Source: an uncultured Candidatus Saccharibacteria bacterium
GTDB lineage: Bacteria > Patescibacteriota > Doudnabacteria > UBA920
Reading direction: 5' to 3'
Assembly: GCA_964416765.1 (NCBI GenBank)
Contig: CAYQEU010000002.1
Coordinates: 78,877-142,876, forward strand
Length of the DNA stretch: 64,000 nt
Part shown: positions 26,326 through 36,717 of the stretch, piece by piece
How the letters are laid out: each line of letters opens with the position of its first letter
How positions within the stretch are numbered: position 1 is the stretch's first letter
The notes under the pieces: model-generated
What the model saw: the letters and a program-made list of their open reading frames with translations, nothing else
The model's database searches: none
Told to the model about the DNA's origin: nothing
Position numbers and translations under genes: made by a program

Positions 26326-26805
26326 ATGAATGCCACCATACTGCTAATTATCACTTTAATTCTTGCTCTCATCACCGCGGGAATGGCAGTATACAACTTC
26401 ATCTGGATCAGACGTCTGCATGACTTGCGCACGGAATTTTCCCTGGACAACCAGCCGGAAAACCTGGAAGAAATAGTCAGCAGCATTGTCAAAAAAATAA
26501 AATCTTTAGAACAAAAAACCAGCCAGCAGGATGAAGACTTGCTCAGCCTCGACGATAACTTAAGCCGCGCTGTACAAAAGGTAGGGGTGCATCGCTTTAA
26601 TGCTTTAGCCGACGAGGGGGGAGCGTTAAGTTTTTCGCTTGCCTTGCTGGACCGCAACCACACCGGTTTGGTCATCACTAGCATACATGGCCGCCAACAA
26701 AACCGCGTGTACAGCAAAGCCGTGGAACAAGGCACTGGACTTGTGCAGTTAAGCGAAGAAGAACAAAAAGCAATACAAAACGCCAGTACCTTTAGCAACA
26801 ATTAA
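26326..26805 (+). CDS. DUF4446-like membrane-anchored protein
   Basis: N-terminal TM; KVGVHRFN, SFSLALLD, G.VITS, YSK and LSEEE motifs. Confidence 0.75.
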   Translation: MNATILLIITLILALITAGMAVYNFIWIRRLHDLRTEFSLDNQPENLEEIVSSIVKKIKSLEQKTSQQDEDLLSLDDNLSRAVQKVGVHRFNALADEGGALSFSLALLDRNHTGLVITSIHGRQQNRVYSKAVEQGTGLVQLSEEEQKAIQNASTFSNN

Positions 26806-26814
26806 TTTAAATAT

Positions 26815-27237
26815 ATGGAACAAAACATCGAAGACATGAACACGCCCGCAGAAACCGTAGTAGGCCCTTCCGTCAAAATCCAGGGTGACTTAAATTCTGA
26901 AGGCAACATCCGCATCCAGGGACAGGTAACCGGTAAAGTGCACACCAGCCAGAGCGTCCACGTTAGCGAAGGCGCCAAAATCACCGCCGACGTTATTGCC
27001 GGCAATGCCGTTATTTCCGGCGAAGTCCAGGGCAACCTGAAAATCGACAGCAACCTTATTTTACAGTCCACCGCACGCGTAAACGGCGACATTTCCTGCA
27101 AAGTATTGCGGGTTGAAGATGGTGCGTTATACAGCGGCAAATGCAACATGAAGGGTTCCGGCGAAGCCGCTCCCGCTCCAACCGCTACCGACAAGAAATC
27201 CAAAGCAGCAGCCGAACCAGAACCAGAGGAAGAATAA
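26815..27237 (+). CDS. Bactofilin (polymer-forming cytoskeletal protein)
   Basis: TVVG...I.G.L.....IRI.G.V.G beta-helix repeats. Confidence 0.9.
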   Translation: MEQNIEDMNTPAETVVGPSVKIQGDLNSEGNIRIQGQVTGKVHTSQSVHVSEGAKITADVIAGNAVISGEVQGNLKIDSNLILQSTARVNGDISCKVLRVEDGALYSGKCNMKGSGEAAPAPTATDKKSKAAAEPEPEEE

Positions 27238-27279
27238 ATAGCCGCTAATATATAGTAGGGGAATACCTCGAGGCTATTT

Positions 27280-28122
27280 ATGTATTACTATATTTTAGAT
27301 CCGCGAAATATAGGTGAAAAAACATTTGAAGAACGCCAGATTGCCCTGCAAGGGTACCTGGCGGAATTTAAGATAAACGGAGAAATGGGCCGGGTCACTC
27401 CACTGCGTTCCATTGAAAGCTTAGTGGAAACAGCGAGCGAGCGCGGAGTCAAAACTTTGGTTGCATGCGGAACCGATGAAACTTTTAACATTATGTTGTC
27501 GCACCTGCAGGGTCGCGACTTCACTATTGGTTTTATTCCACTCAACGATGATTCGTACCTGGCAAAAATTTTAGGTTTAAAAAACCTTTACGAGTCAGTA
27601 AAAATTCTGGCCGCGCGTCGCGTGGTAAAAATTGACCTTGCTACTGTCGCTCACAGTTACTTCGTTTCGTACTTGGAGTTTGGCCTGGCAAGTTCAAAAA
27701 TTAAAGACTTAAGCTGGTGGAGCAGTATTAAGGCGCTATCCGCTCCAGCGCAGGAGTTATCCGTGCGCATTGATAATTCCTACGTCATGAACCTCAAATG
27801 TCTCGGCGGTATTGTGGCCAACACGCGCTCGACCAGTTCTGAATCGGAAAGCATAGCCAACCCGACCGATGGCTTCCTGGATTTGTTGGTCGTGGAACAT
27901 TTGACCAAGGCACAGGTTGTGCGATACAAGGAAGCAATCCTTACCGGACAGCTGGAAAAGATTCCGGGCACTAGCGTAATCAAATGCCGCAAGATTGAAT
28001 TCCTCGAACCGAATGGTTTTCCTTTAACTATTTCCGGGAGAGTACTCACGAAGCTTCCGGCGACGGTGGAAATAATTCCCCAACGGCTCCGAATAATAGT
28101 AGGGAAGAACAGAACTTTTTAA
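27280..28122 (+). CDS. Diacylglycerol/lipid kinase family protein
   Basis: ACGTDETF (variant of GGDGT), IGFIP, KIDL and DGFLDL motifs. Confidence 0.75.
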   Translation: MYYYILDPRNIGEKTFEERQIALQGYLAEFKINGEMGRVTPLRSIESLVETASERGVKTLVACGTDETFNIMLSHLQGRDFTIGFIPLNDDSYLAKILGLKNLYESVKILAARRVVKIDLATVAHSYFVSYLEFGLASSKIKDLSWWSSIKALSAPAQELSVRIDNSYVMNLKCLGGIVANTRSTSSESESIANPTDGFLDLLVVEHLTKAQVVRYKEAILTGQLEKIPGTSVIKCRKIEFLEPNGFPLTISGRVLTKLPATVEIIPQRLRIIVGKNRTF

Positions 28123-28216
28123 ATAACAAACCCGCCGGTATGGCGGGTTTTTTGTTGACAAAACCCATATATACCAGCATATTTGTATAACTGAGATTGC
28201 ATAAGGAGGATGCAAA

Positions 28217-29239
28217 ATGTTATCTAAACTAAGAAGTACTGCCAGATATTTAACAATGGCAGCCAAGTTCGGGGCGCCGTATGCCCTTGCGTACTCTCGT
28301 TCAAACACTGACCGGGAGCTGGACCCAGAAGAAAACTGGGAGTTTTGGACGAGGGACAGGGGTTCGTTCGTCGAGATGAGCATGAGAATGTTCCCCGCGC
28401 AAAGGCTGCGGGAAGCACTAATCATGGAGCAACTAAAGGCTAACCACGCCGATGGGATTGAATATCATTACGATGTATCGAATGATTTCTACCGCTTGTT
28501 CCTTGATAAGGACTACATGTTCTACACCTGCGCTAACTTCCGTTCCGACCACGAAACGCTGGAACAAGCGCAGAAAAACAAGGCTGACTGCCTGCTCGGA
28601 CTGCTCGAGCCGGAAGCCGGGCACCTAATTCTGGACCTCGGCTGCGGCTGGGGCGGAATGTTGAAGTGCATCGAGGGACATACCGGAACGCGGGAAGGAC
28701 TGACCGGCTATACGTTATCCAAAGAACAGTTCTCTTACGTATCGAATATGGGCTACAATGTTGCGCTTCAGGACTTCATCGGAAGCACTTACCCGAGCGA
28801 ATCACTCGACAGAGTCATATCGGTCGGCTCGCTGGAACACGTGCATCCGGAGGAACTGCCGCGGTTGTACGAAAAAGTCTTCAACGCGCTTCGCCCGGGC
28901 GGAAGAATGGTAAACCAATTCTTCTCGCTCGACCACGAACCTCTTCCCTACTCGATGCTATTGTCGCAGCTATTCTTCCCGGGGTCGCTGCTGGCGATGC
29001 ATGACGTACATTGTCAGGCGGCGGAACAAGCCGGCTTCGAAATTCAAGCGGACTTGCACGATTGCTACAAGCAGACGCTGTGGTCGTGGTACGACAATCT
29101 GGTAGCTAACCGAGCGGAAGCCATCGCTACAAGCGGAATCCAGACTTACAACTGGTTCTTAACTTTTTTCCCGATCGCTTGGAAATTCTTCGACGACGGA
29201 GAAGCAACGCTTCACCGAATGTTGCTGGTTAAACCATAG
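28217..29239 (+). CDS. cfa: Cyclopropane-fatty-acyl-phospholipid synthase / mycolic acid methyltransferase-like
   Basis: HYDVSNDFY, YTCA.F, LEQAQ..K, LDLGCGWG, SVGSLEH and FFPG motifs; AAGGAGG SD. Confidence 0.85.
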   Translation: MLSKLRSTARYLTMAAKFGAPYALAYSRSNTDRELDPEENWEFWTRDRGSFVEMSMRMFPAQRLREALIMEQLKANHADGIEYHYDVSNDFYRLFLDKDYMFYTCANFRSDHETLEQAQKNKADCLLGLLEPEAGHLILDLGCGWGGMLKCIEGHTGTREGLTGYTLSKEQFSYVSNMGYNVALQDFIGSTYPSESLDRVISVGSLEHVHPEELPRLYEKVFNALRPGGRMVNQFFSLDHEPLPYSMLLSQLFFPGSLLAMHDVHCQAAEQAGFEIQADLHDCYKQTLWSWYDNLVANRAEAIATSGIQTYNWFLTFFPIAWKFFDDGEATLHRMLLVKP

Positions 29240-29350
29240 TGATTGAGAATGATAACTTTTCCGGGGACGGCGCACGATTCAATCGGGTGCCGTTTCTTTT
29301 TAAAGAAAACACTTGATTTTATTGAAGTTTTGCAGTATAATCAAACAGTT

Positions 29351-31288
29351 ATGAATTTGTCGAGCCTATCTTCCCAGCTGAATATTTCCATCCAAGAACT
29401 TCGCGCGAAAGCTTCCGCGAAGGGTTTTGTTATTTCTCCGCGCGCCAACAAGATCGACAATTACCTTGCCAAGCAGATTATTGAGAGCCTGGTTGAAAAG
29501 GAAAAGCCGTCTCCGACAAACCAGGGACCGAAAAAAGTTGCTTTGCCTGCTTACATCAAAGTCCGTGACTTTGCCGAGCTCCTCAAGCTTCCCGCGGTTG
29601 ATGTAATCAAAGTCCTCATCAAAAACGGCGTCATGGCCACCATCAATGAAGAAGTGGATTATGACACCGCCGCCATTATCGCCCAGGACTTGGGTTTTGA
29701 AGTTTCATCTGAACAATCTTCCGAAACCGAAGAATACGGTTTGGCTTTCCTGCAGAAGACATTGGCTGAAGAAGACCCTAAAAATTTAGTTGCCCGACCT
29801 CCAATTGTTGCTGTCATGGGACACGTTGACCATGGTAAGACAACTTTACTTGACGCCATTCGTCAAACAGACGTGGTTGCGGGGGAGTCCGGCGGCATTA
29901 CCCAGCACATTGGTGCTTACCAGGTTAAAAAAGGTGACAAGAAGATTACTTTCCTTGATACACCTGGCCATGAAGCTTTCGTTGAGATGCGCGCCCGCGG
30001 TGCCAACGTTACCGACTTGATTGTATTGGTTGTTGCGGCTGATGACAGCGTTCGTCCTCAGACTATCGAAGTTATTAACCGCGCCAAGTTTACCAACACA
30101 CCTTTAATTGTTGCCATCAACAAAGTAGATAAAGAGAACGCGAACGTCATCAAAGTAAAACAGGAACTGGCTGAACACGGCGTGCTCACTGAAGAGTGGG
30201 GCGGCAAGACCATCGCGGTTGAAGTATCGGCTAAGCAGAAAATGGGAATTGATAACCTGTTGGAAATGATTTTGCTTCAGGCTGAGGTGGAAGATTACAA
30301 GGCTAACCCGGAAGGGAAAACCCTTGGTACTGTTATTGAATCGCACACTTTGCTCGGTAAAGGTTCCGTGGCAACCGTGATTGTTCAAAACGGCACTCTC
30401 CGTGTTGGCGACATCGTGATTGCCGGCGGGGCTCATGGCCGCGTGAAAACTTTGGAAGACGAACACGGCAAGAAACTGAAATCCGCCGGTCCTTCCATGC
30501 CAGCGCAAATCTCCGGTTTCTCGGACTTGCCGGAAGCGGGCGATATTTTACAGACCACGGAAAATTTGGAAGAAGCGCGCGAGATTGCTTTGCAAGTCCA
30601 GAAGAAAAACCGCAGCCACCGCTTGTCCAGCCGTCCAACCCTGCAGGGCGATACTGAGAACAAGACTTTGAACCTGATTTTGAAAGCCGACGTTGCCGGC
30701 TCGCTTGAAGCCATCAAACAATCTTTTGATAAACTGAAAAATGACGAAGTCACCATCAACATTTTAAGCGAAGGTATTGGTGAAATTAATGAAACCGACG
30801 TCCTGCAGGCTGAAACTTCCAAAGCTACTATTTTGGCGTTCCGCGTGAAGACCAACCCGAAAGCCATTAACCTGGCCAAGCAAAAAAATGTCGCAGTTGA
30901 CAGCTACGAAGTTATTTATGAATTATTGGAAGACGTGACCAGCGCCGTTATCAAAATGTTCACTCCGGAAATGGAAAAGGTATCCTTTGGCCGCGGTGCC
31001 GTTTTGGGAATTTTCCGTACCGAAAAAGGTCAGATGATTATCGGCGGGCGCGTTAATGAAGGTGAGATCCGCAAGAACAAGCCCGTCGCCATTTGGCGCA
31101 AGGGTGAAGACGGCGAAGAAGTGGAATTGGGCCGCGGCGAAATCCTGGACCTGCAACAGAACAAGACCGCCACAAAAGAAGTATCCAAAGGTAATGAGTA
31201 CGGCATGAAGATTAAAACCAACGTTAAGATTGCCGAAGGCGATATCCTGGAGAGTTTTGAAGAAAGCCTCAAACAAAAGACCCTGTAA
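29351..31288 (+). CDS. infB: Translation initiation factor IF-2
   Basis: [16 protein letters not shown] and NKVD motifs; start MNLSS follows TTGATT-17-TATAAT. Confidence 0.97.
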   Translation: MNLSSLSSQLNISIQELRAKASAKGFVISPRANKIDNYLAKQIIESLVEKEKPSPTNQGPKKVALPAYIKVRDFAELLKLPAVDVIKVLIKNGVMATINEEVDYDTAAIIAQDLGFEVSSEQSSETEEYGLAFLQKTLAEEDPKNLVARPPIVAVMGHVDHGKTTLLDAIRQTDVVAGESGGITQHIGAYQVKKGDKKITFLDTPGHEAFVEMRARGANVTDLIVLVVAADDSVRPQTIEVINRAKFTNTPLIVAINKVDKENANVIKVKQELAEHGVLTEEWGGKTIAVEVSAKQKMGIDNLLEMILLQAEVEDYKANPEGKTLGTVIESHTLLGKGSVATVIVQNGTLRVGDIVIAGGAHGRVKTLEDEHGKKLKSAGPSMPAQISGFSDLPEAGDILQTTENLEEAREIALQVQKKNRSHRLSSRPTLQGDTENKTLNLILKADVAGSLEAIKQSFDKLKNDEVTINILSEGIGEINETDVLQAETSKATILAFRVKTNPKAINLAKQKNVAVDSYEVIYELLEDVTSAVIKMFTPEMEKVSFGRGAVLGIFRTEKGQMIIGGRVNEGEIRKNKPVAIWRKGEDGEEVELGRGEILDLQQNKTATKEVSKGNEYGMKIKTNVKIAEGDILESFEESLKQKTL

Positions 31289-31398
31289 GCGACTTGTAAA
31301 ATTGTGCCCCTCCTTATGGAGGGGCTTTTATTTGGCTTAGTCTTGATTAAAATGGGCATTTTAGCTATACTTATTGGTATTTTGATACAATACAACCA

Positions 31399-31794
31399 AT
31401 GGCTCAACCACTACAAAAACCATCACACCGCATAGAGAAAGTTAACGCCCTGCTTCAGCAATTGGTAGGGGAGATTTTGCTTACCGAGGTCCAATTGGTC
31501 CGGGGCATGGTCACGGTTACCCGCGTGGAAGCCAGCCGTGACCTGAAATGGGCAAAAGTATTTGTTTCCATTGTGGGAGCTGACGACGATAAATCCAGCG
31601 ACAACAAAATTTTGGAGCTAATCCATAAGCACATGTATGACATCCAGGGAGAAGTTAACCGTAGGATGGAAATGAAAATTGTCCCACGCCTGCAATTCTT
31701 CCTCGACACCACGCCGCGGTACGCCGAACACATCAACGAGTTGATCAAGCAAATCCACGAAGAGGAGAAAGAAGAGAACGACGATAATGCCTAA
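31399..31794 (+). CDS. rbfA: Ribosome-binding factor A
   Basis: VTVTRVEASRDLKWAKVFVS and PRLQF; follows infB. Confidence 0.93.
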   Translation: MAQPLQKPSHRIEKVNALLQQLVGEILLTEVQLVRGMVTVTRVEASRDLKWAKVFVSIVGADDDKSSDNKILELIHKHMYDIQGEVNRRMEMKIVPRLQFFLDTTPRYAEHINELIKQIHEEEKEENDDNA

Positions 31795-32746
31795 CTCCGT
31801 CATGTTCCAGGCAGCCAAAGAGATCCTGGAAAGCTCTCAGCGAATTTTACTGACCACGCACGAACGAACCGATGGTGACGACCTCGGTTCTGTTTTGGCT
31901 TTGGCCGATCATCTCAGAAGCGCGGGAAAAGATATTGCTATTTCCATCGTCGGTGGCGTGCCGGAGCAACTCACTTATTTGCCGGGAAGCGACTCGGTGG
32001 TTGAAGATACGGACCGGACAGACTTTGACTTGTTGGTGATTTCCGGCTGCTCAAATATCCAACGGTCCGGCAACCCGAAAATAATTAACATGCAAGTGCC
32101 GATACTTAACGTCGACCACCACCCTGACAACGCAAACTACGGCACGGTTAATTTAGTGGACGCGACCAAGTCCGCGGTGGCTGAACTAGTATTTGATTTC
32201 TTTAAATTCTGCGAATGGGAAATTACCCCGGCCGCCGCAACAGCACTCCTGACCGGAATCTTTACCGACACCGGTTCGTTCATGCACAGCAACACACAGG
32301 ACACTACTTTGAAAGCTGCCTCAGAGTTGATGAGCAAAGGCGCGCGCACCAGCACTGTCGCCAAGCATACCTACAAAGGGAAGGGGATTGATGCCTTACG
32401 CGCGTGGGGCAAAGCCCTTGATAACGCTTTTTATGATGAAAAAAACCGCATAATAATTTCCATAGTCAGCCAAAAAGAATTGGATGAATTGGGCAACCCT
32501 CCCATGGAATATTTTGAGGGTTTGGTGGAAACTTTGAACAAAGTCCCGGAAGCCAAGTTTGCCTTGTTCCTAAAGCAAGATGGAAACGTGGTAAAGGGGA
32601 GCCTGCGCAGTGACCCGCACAAGGGAACGGATGTTAAGGAAATTGCCCACATGTTTGGGGGCGGTGGACATAAGTGGGCCTCGGGCTTCTCCGTCTATGG
32701 CCAAGTGGCAAAAGGCGCTGATGGCAAGTGGTCGGTAGTGAAATAA
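31787..32746 (+). CDS. nrnA: DHH/DHHA1 phosphoesterase (NrnA-like)
   Basis: H..TDGD, DHH, DTGSF and GGGH motifs. Confidence 0.88.
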   Translation: MPNSVMFQAAKEILESSQRILLTTHERTDGDDLGSVLALADHLRSAGKDIAISIVGGVPEQLTYLPGSDSVVEDTDRTDFDLLVISGCSNIQRSGNPKIINMQVPILNVDHHPDNANYGTVNLVDATKSAVAELVFDFFKFCEWEITPAAATALLTGIFTDTGSFMHSNTQDTTLKAASELMSKGARTSTVAKHTYKGKGIDALRAWGKALDNAFYDEKNRIIISIVSQKELDELGNPPMEYFEGLVETLNKVPEAKFALFLKQDGNVVKGSLRSDPHKGTDVKEIAHMFGGGGHKWASGFSVYGQVAKGADGKWSVVK

Positions 32747-32819
32747 ACACTTCATATAAACAAAAACCCTTTCTTCAATCCGATCGCTAGCGCCAGGGAT
32801 TTCAGAAAGGGTTTTTGTA

Positions 32820-33389
32820 TTATTTACGAAGAGATTTCATTACCGATCCGGCATCTCCCAGGGCTTCGATCATGGATTTGAACTGTTTTTCATAGATTGA
32901 CTGGAGGAGCTGGCCGTTATCATCAAATACTTCCTGGACTTTGCGAACCATCACGTTTTCCTTGATATCATATAACGCGTAAGCTCCGCAAACAGCGCGC
33001 ACCTGCTCTATTACGCGGGCGCCGCCCACTGACCCATTGGAAACGCCAACCAAAGCCACGGGCTTGTGGTGAAACTCCCGGTATAGCCAGTCAATTGCGT
33101 TTTTAAACACGCCGCTGTAACCATGGTTATATTCTGGAATGGCAAAAATGAACGCGTCAGCTTTGCTGGCAATCTTGCTCCACTGCATAACTTCTTCGTA
33201 TGGATAATTCCCTTTTAAATCTCCAGGAGAAACCGGGGTATCAACAAACGGCAGGGGAGATTTTACAAAATCAACCACCTCCGCGTTGTGCCCGGCTTCT
33301 TTCACTAACTCCGCCGCGTAGTTGGCGGCAAAAATACTTTTTCGGTCTTCGCGGACTGATCCGCAAACAATAACAATGTTTAAACTCAT
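32820..33389 (-). CDS. NADPH-dependent FMN reductase
   Basis: GSVR and PEYNHGYSGVFKNAIDW motifs; start MSLNIV after TTGCCG-17-TATACT-6. Confidence 0.9.
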   Translation of the reverse strand: MSLNIVIVCGSVREDRKSIFAANYAAELVKEAGHNAEVVDFVKSPLPFVDTPVSPGDLKGNYPYEEVMQWSKIASKADAFIFAIPEYNHGYSGVFKNAIDWLYREFHHKPVALVGVSNGSVGGARVIEQVRAVCGAYALYDIKENVMVRKVQEVFDDNGQLLQSIYEKQFKSMIEALGDAGSVMKSLRK

Positions 33390-33517
33390 ACTGGGAGTAT
33401 AGGCGACGGCCCGCGATACGGCAAGCGTTGACTTAGGCGGGCAAAAGCTGTACAATGATATATTCCATAACGGGATAAATACATTTCCTGGCGAGGAAAA
33501 ACGCAAGGAGGGTTTTT

Positions 33518-34006
33518 ATGAAACTCTTTTATAGAACGCTCATGACATTGGTCGTGGCGGCATTCTTTGCACTTGGCGCGTTTACCGCCGGGTGTTCGCT
33601 ATTCGGCAGTAACCATTCTGCCGCGTCAACTCCGTCCCCACAGGCAACGAGGCTAAAGAGCATTGGCATCCAACTTGCTAACGCCCGCAACGAGCTTTCG
33701 TTCCACCGGGGAGAAAGCCCGGAGGTCGCCGCTTACTGGGTCGGCTACGTTCAGTTCTTGTGGACGCAGTATTCCTGCCAGCTTTCCACGCTGAGTCCTC
33801 GCGAGCTGGACAACTACATGGAAAAGCCGATGCTCTTGGCAGGGGAGCAGAGTTATTCCAGTCTGGAATCCTATAAGCGGGCGGGCGATATTTTTTACAA
33901 TGGTCTCGACGCGGAGTACGAAGGTCTCGACGCCGGGTCCGCTGCCTCCTATAAAGCCCAGGCAGCCGACGCCGCTCGGCAAACGGACTTCCTGTGCCAA
34001 AAATAG
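33518..34006 (+). CDS. Putative lipoprotein
   Basis: Signal peptide with TAGC lipobox; AAGGAGG SD; TTGACT-17-TACAAT promoter. Confidence 0.7.
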   Translation: MKLFYRTLMTLVVAAFFALGAFTAGCSLFGSNHSAASTPSPQATRLKSIGIQLANARNELSFHRGESPEVAAYWVGYVQFLWTQYSCQLSTLSPRELDNYMEKPMLLAGEQSYSSLESYKRAGDIFYNGLDAEYEGLDAGSAASYKAQAADAARQTDFLCQK

Positions 34007-34139
34007 CTACTTCCACAAAGAGAAAAGCATTAAGACGGACATCCCCACCGGTGCCCGTCTTTTTGTTTTGGCGCTTGCTTAGCACTTTGGCCAAATGGGA
34101 TAAAACCCGGTATAATACAGGAAAATTAACGAGAAATTC

Positions 34140-34814
34140 ATGACAAATTGGAACAAAAAAACTCTCTGGTTCGCCGTACTGTTTATTATTTTGGGGTTCA
34201 TCGCTCTGCAAATTCCAGCCACACAACTAGCCGGATCCGGAGCAAAGTTCACTTTATTTGATGCGTTCGCCCCAATTGCCGGGGGATTCCTGGGCAGCAT
34301 ACCCGGCGCCATCTCGGTTTTACTGATGCAATTGGCCAACCTGGCCGTTCATGGCTTCCATGCCGTGGATCAGGGTACTATTATCCGCCTGTTCCCAGTC
34401 ATGTTTGCCGCCATTTACTTTGGGCGCAAAAACGTTTTCAACATCATTGTCCCAATCCTGGCCATGGTCTCTTTTAACCTCAATCCGGTTGGCCGCGAAG
34501 TCTGGTATTACTCCCTGTTCTGGCTCATCCCTGTTGCGTCTTACTTCTACCAAGAACGCAGTTTAATAGTAAAGGCCCTCGGTGCCACTTTTGCCGCTCA
34601 TGCCGTTGGCGGCGCGATCTGGATTTGGGCTTTCCATTTACCGAAAGCAGTTTGGGTTAGCCTTATCCCAATTGTCGCCATGGAACGTCTCATGTTTGCC
34701 GCGGGCATTGTGGTTTCTTACCTGGTTATGAACAACGTCCTTAACTGGATCAATTCTAAAAACATAGTTAGCTACAAGTTTCCGGTTAACAACCGTTACG
34801 TATGGAATTCATAA
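34140..34814 (+). CDS. ECF S-component-like membrane protein (candidate folate uptake)
   Basis: About 6-7 TMs, API.GGFLG..PG pattern; overlaps the downstream folate-related genes. Confidence 0.55.
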   Translation: MTNWNKKTLWFAVLFIILGFIALQIPATQLAGSGAKFTLFDAFAPIAGGFLGSIPGAISVLLMQLANLAVHGFHAVDQGTIIRLFPVMFAAIYFGRKNVFNIIVPILAMVSFNLNPVGREVWYYSLFWLIPVASYFYQERSLIVKALGATFAAHAVGGAIWIWAFHLPKAVWVSLIPIVAMERLMFAAGIVVSYLVMNNVLNWINSKNIVSYKFPVNNRYVWNS

Positions 34815-35557
34815 AAGTTAAGACCCGTAAGTTTCTTACTCCGAAAGACAATATCTACGAGTTAATTGATGAACATCTCCCGCCGCTTAAGGAGGGGGAT
34901 GTTCTGTGTATCACCTCCAAAATTTTGGGGATTCACCAGGGACGTACCGTCTTAATAGATGAGTCCAACCCTAAGCAACGCGACCAACTCGCTAAACAGG
35001 AAGCGGAGTGGTACATTGACCGCAAACACGTCCCACACGGATTTCTGCTTACCATCAAAGACTATACTTTAATTGCTTCTGCTGGGATTGATAAAAGCAA
35101 CAGCAACGGTTACCTCGTCCTCTGGCCAAAGAATGTTAACAAGCTCCTCAAAGAAATAGTTGCTTACCTCAAGAAGAAACATAAGATAAAAAAACTGGCC
35201 GCTATTTCAACCGACAGCCACGTCATGCCGCTGCGCGCCGGGGTCATTGGCATCTCCACCGGTTTTTACGGGATGGAGCCAATCCGTGACATGCGCGGTA
35301 CTCCCGACATCTTTGGACGCAAACTGAAAGTTACCCGCATAAATATAGTGGATGCCCTGGCCACCATGGCCGTGCTCATGATGGGAGAAGGCAAAGAGCA
35401 AACCCCAATGGTCATTATCAGAAAAGCGGACATGGTCCAATTTACCGACAAGAGCACATACCGGAAACTGGCCATCCACCCCGAAGTCGACATTTACAAA
35501 CCCATACTCAAAACTTTCAAGAAAGTAAAAAGGAATGCCAAAAAGAACAGCCGTTAG
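34802..35557 (+). CDS. CofE-like gamma-glutamyl ligase (putative folate glutamylation)
   Basis: ITSKI, AGIDKSN, TDSH..PLR.G, D.RG..D.FGR.L and MGEG.E.TP motifs. Confidence 0.85.
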   Translation: MEFIKVKTRKFLTPKDNIYELIDEHLPPLKEGDVLCITSKILGIHQGRTVLIDESNPKQRDQLAKQEAEWYIDRKHVPHGFLLTIKDYTLIASAGIDKSNSNGYLVLWPKNVNKLLKEIVAYLKKKHKIKKLAAISTDSHVMPLRAGVIGISTGFYGMEPIRDMRGTPDIFGRKLKVTRINIVDALATMAVLMMGEGKEQTPMVIIRKADMVQFTDKSTYRKLAIHPEVDIYKPILKTFKKVKRNAKKNSR

Positions 35558-36092
35558 ATTGGTTAAGCCAGTACCCCGCTATGTAGCATTAGCCGCCGTC
35601 ACCGTAGACGGTAAGATTGCCAAGAACCCCCAACACTTCAGCAATTGGACCAGTCCCGAGGACAAAGTATTTTTGCGCCGTGAACTTAGTAAAAGCGATG
35701 TCATTATTGTCGGACGCAACACATACGAAACCGCCAAAAAACCATTGTCCAAGCGCAACTGCATTGTCCTGACAAGCAAAGTCCGCACCATTAGCGTGGA
35801 AGCCGAAAATTTAGTTTTAGTAAACCCCAAAACCGTTAACCTGAAAACGTTGATCCGGAAATTGGGATATGTTGAAGTAGCAGTCCTCGGCGGCGCCCAA
35901 ACTTACCAATATTGTTTGGACCGCGGCTTGCTCGATGAAATTTATTTAACAATTGAGCCGCTCACTTTCTCAAGCGGCATCAACTTATTTTCCTCAGATA
36001 AGCCCAAAGTTCGCCAGTGGAACCTCGTGTCAGTAAAAAAACTGAACCACTTGGGGACAATTCTCTTGCACTACCGCAGGGCGGGTGTATGA
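35535..36092 (+). CDS. Dihydrofolate reductase / RibD-C family
   Basis: AVTVDGKIA, W..PED...L, VGRNT, R..IVL and LGGAQ motifs. Confidence 0.85.
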   Translation: MPKRTAVRLVKPVPRYVALAAVTVDGKIAKNPQHFSNWTSPEDKVFLRRELSKSDVIIVGRNTYETAKKPLSKRNCIVLTSKVRTISVEAENLVLVNPKTVNLKTLIRKLGYVEVAVLGGAQTYQYCLDRGLLDEIYLTIEPLTFSSGINLFSSDKPKVRQWNLVSVKKLNHLGTILLHYRRAGV

Positions 36093-36140
36093 TTTGAGTG
36101 AGAGCCCGGCTCTCTATCTTAAACCAGGAGGACGCATGCC

Positions 36141-36626
36141 ATGGACATGCAAAGTGTGTTGGACCAAAAGTTCAGCGCCGCAGTTATCGAACCGAATTTT
36201 ACCAGCATGTATGCCCTCCTGCAACGAGGGTATAGACGTTACAGTCACGATTTTACATACGAAAACTACCCGCCCCTTCCTGCATGGGGAGGAACCGTCA
36301 GCAAAAGCGGAATTCCGAACCGGCGCCTGCTCAAATTCCTGCCACCTACCGCGCGGAACGATAATTTCCGCGAAGCCTACCATTACGCCGAACGTCACCA
36401 GACTTACGGCGCCACTCTTCATGATGGGATGCAATTTGTCGAAAGACATAGTCCCTACCTCCACCGTGGTGAAATCGTAATTATCTTTCCCGGACTGCTC
36501 CGGACTAACTGCACGGAACAATACGTTCCTCTGCTCATAGTTTCGGACAAGGAAAAGGCTTGGGACGAAGCTCCCATAAGCGTAGGTTTGGAACCTCACT
36601 GGTGGATTGGAGCCATTCTCCACTGA
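36141..36626 (+). CDS. Hypothetical protein
   Basis: AGGAGG SD 9 nt upstream; a terminator follows. Confidence 0.55.
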   Translation: MDMQSVLDQKFSAAVIEPNFTSMYALLQRGYRRYSHDFTYENYPPLPAWGGTVSKSGIPNRRLLKFLPPTARNDNFREAYHYAERHQTYGATLHDGMQFVERHSPYLHRGEIVIIFPGLLRTNCTEQYVPLLIVSDKEKAWDEAPISVGLEPHWWIGAILH

Positions 36627-36717
36627 TACCATCCGACACACGCAAACTAAAAGGCCACTCTCACGAGCGGTCTTTTTGTTTAAACAAGGCGTTTGAAAGT
36701 GCTGGCTCGGCGGCGCT

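Noticed and set aside
36114-36641. 175-aa minus-strand ORF
   Set aside because: The opposite-strand ORF 36141-36626 has the SD, operon orientation and downstream terminator.
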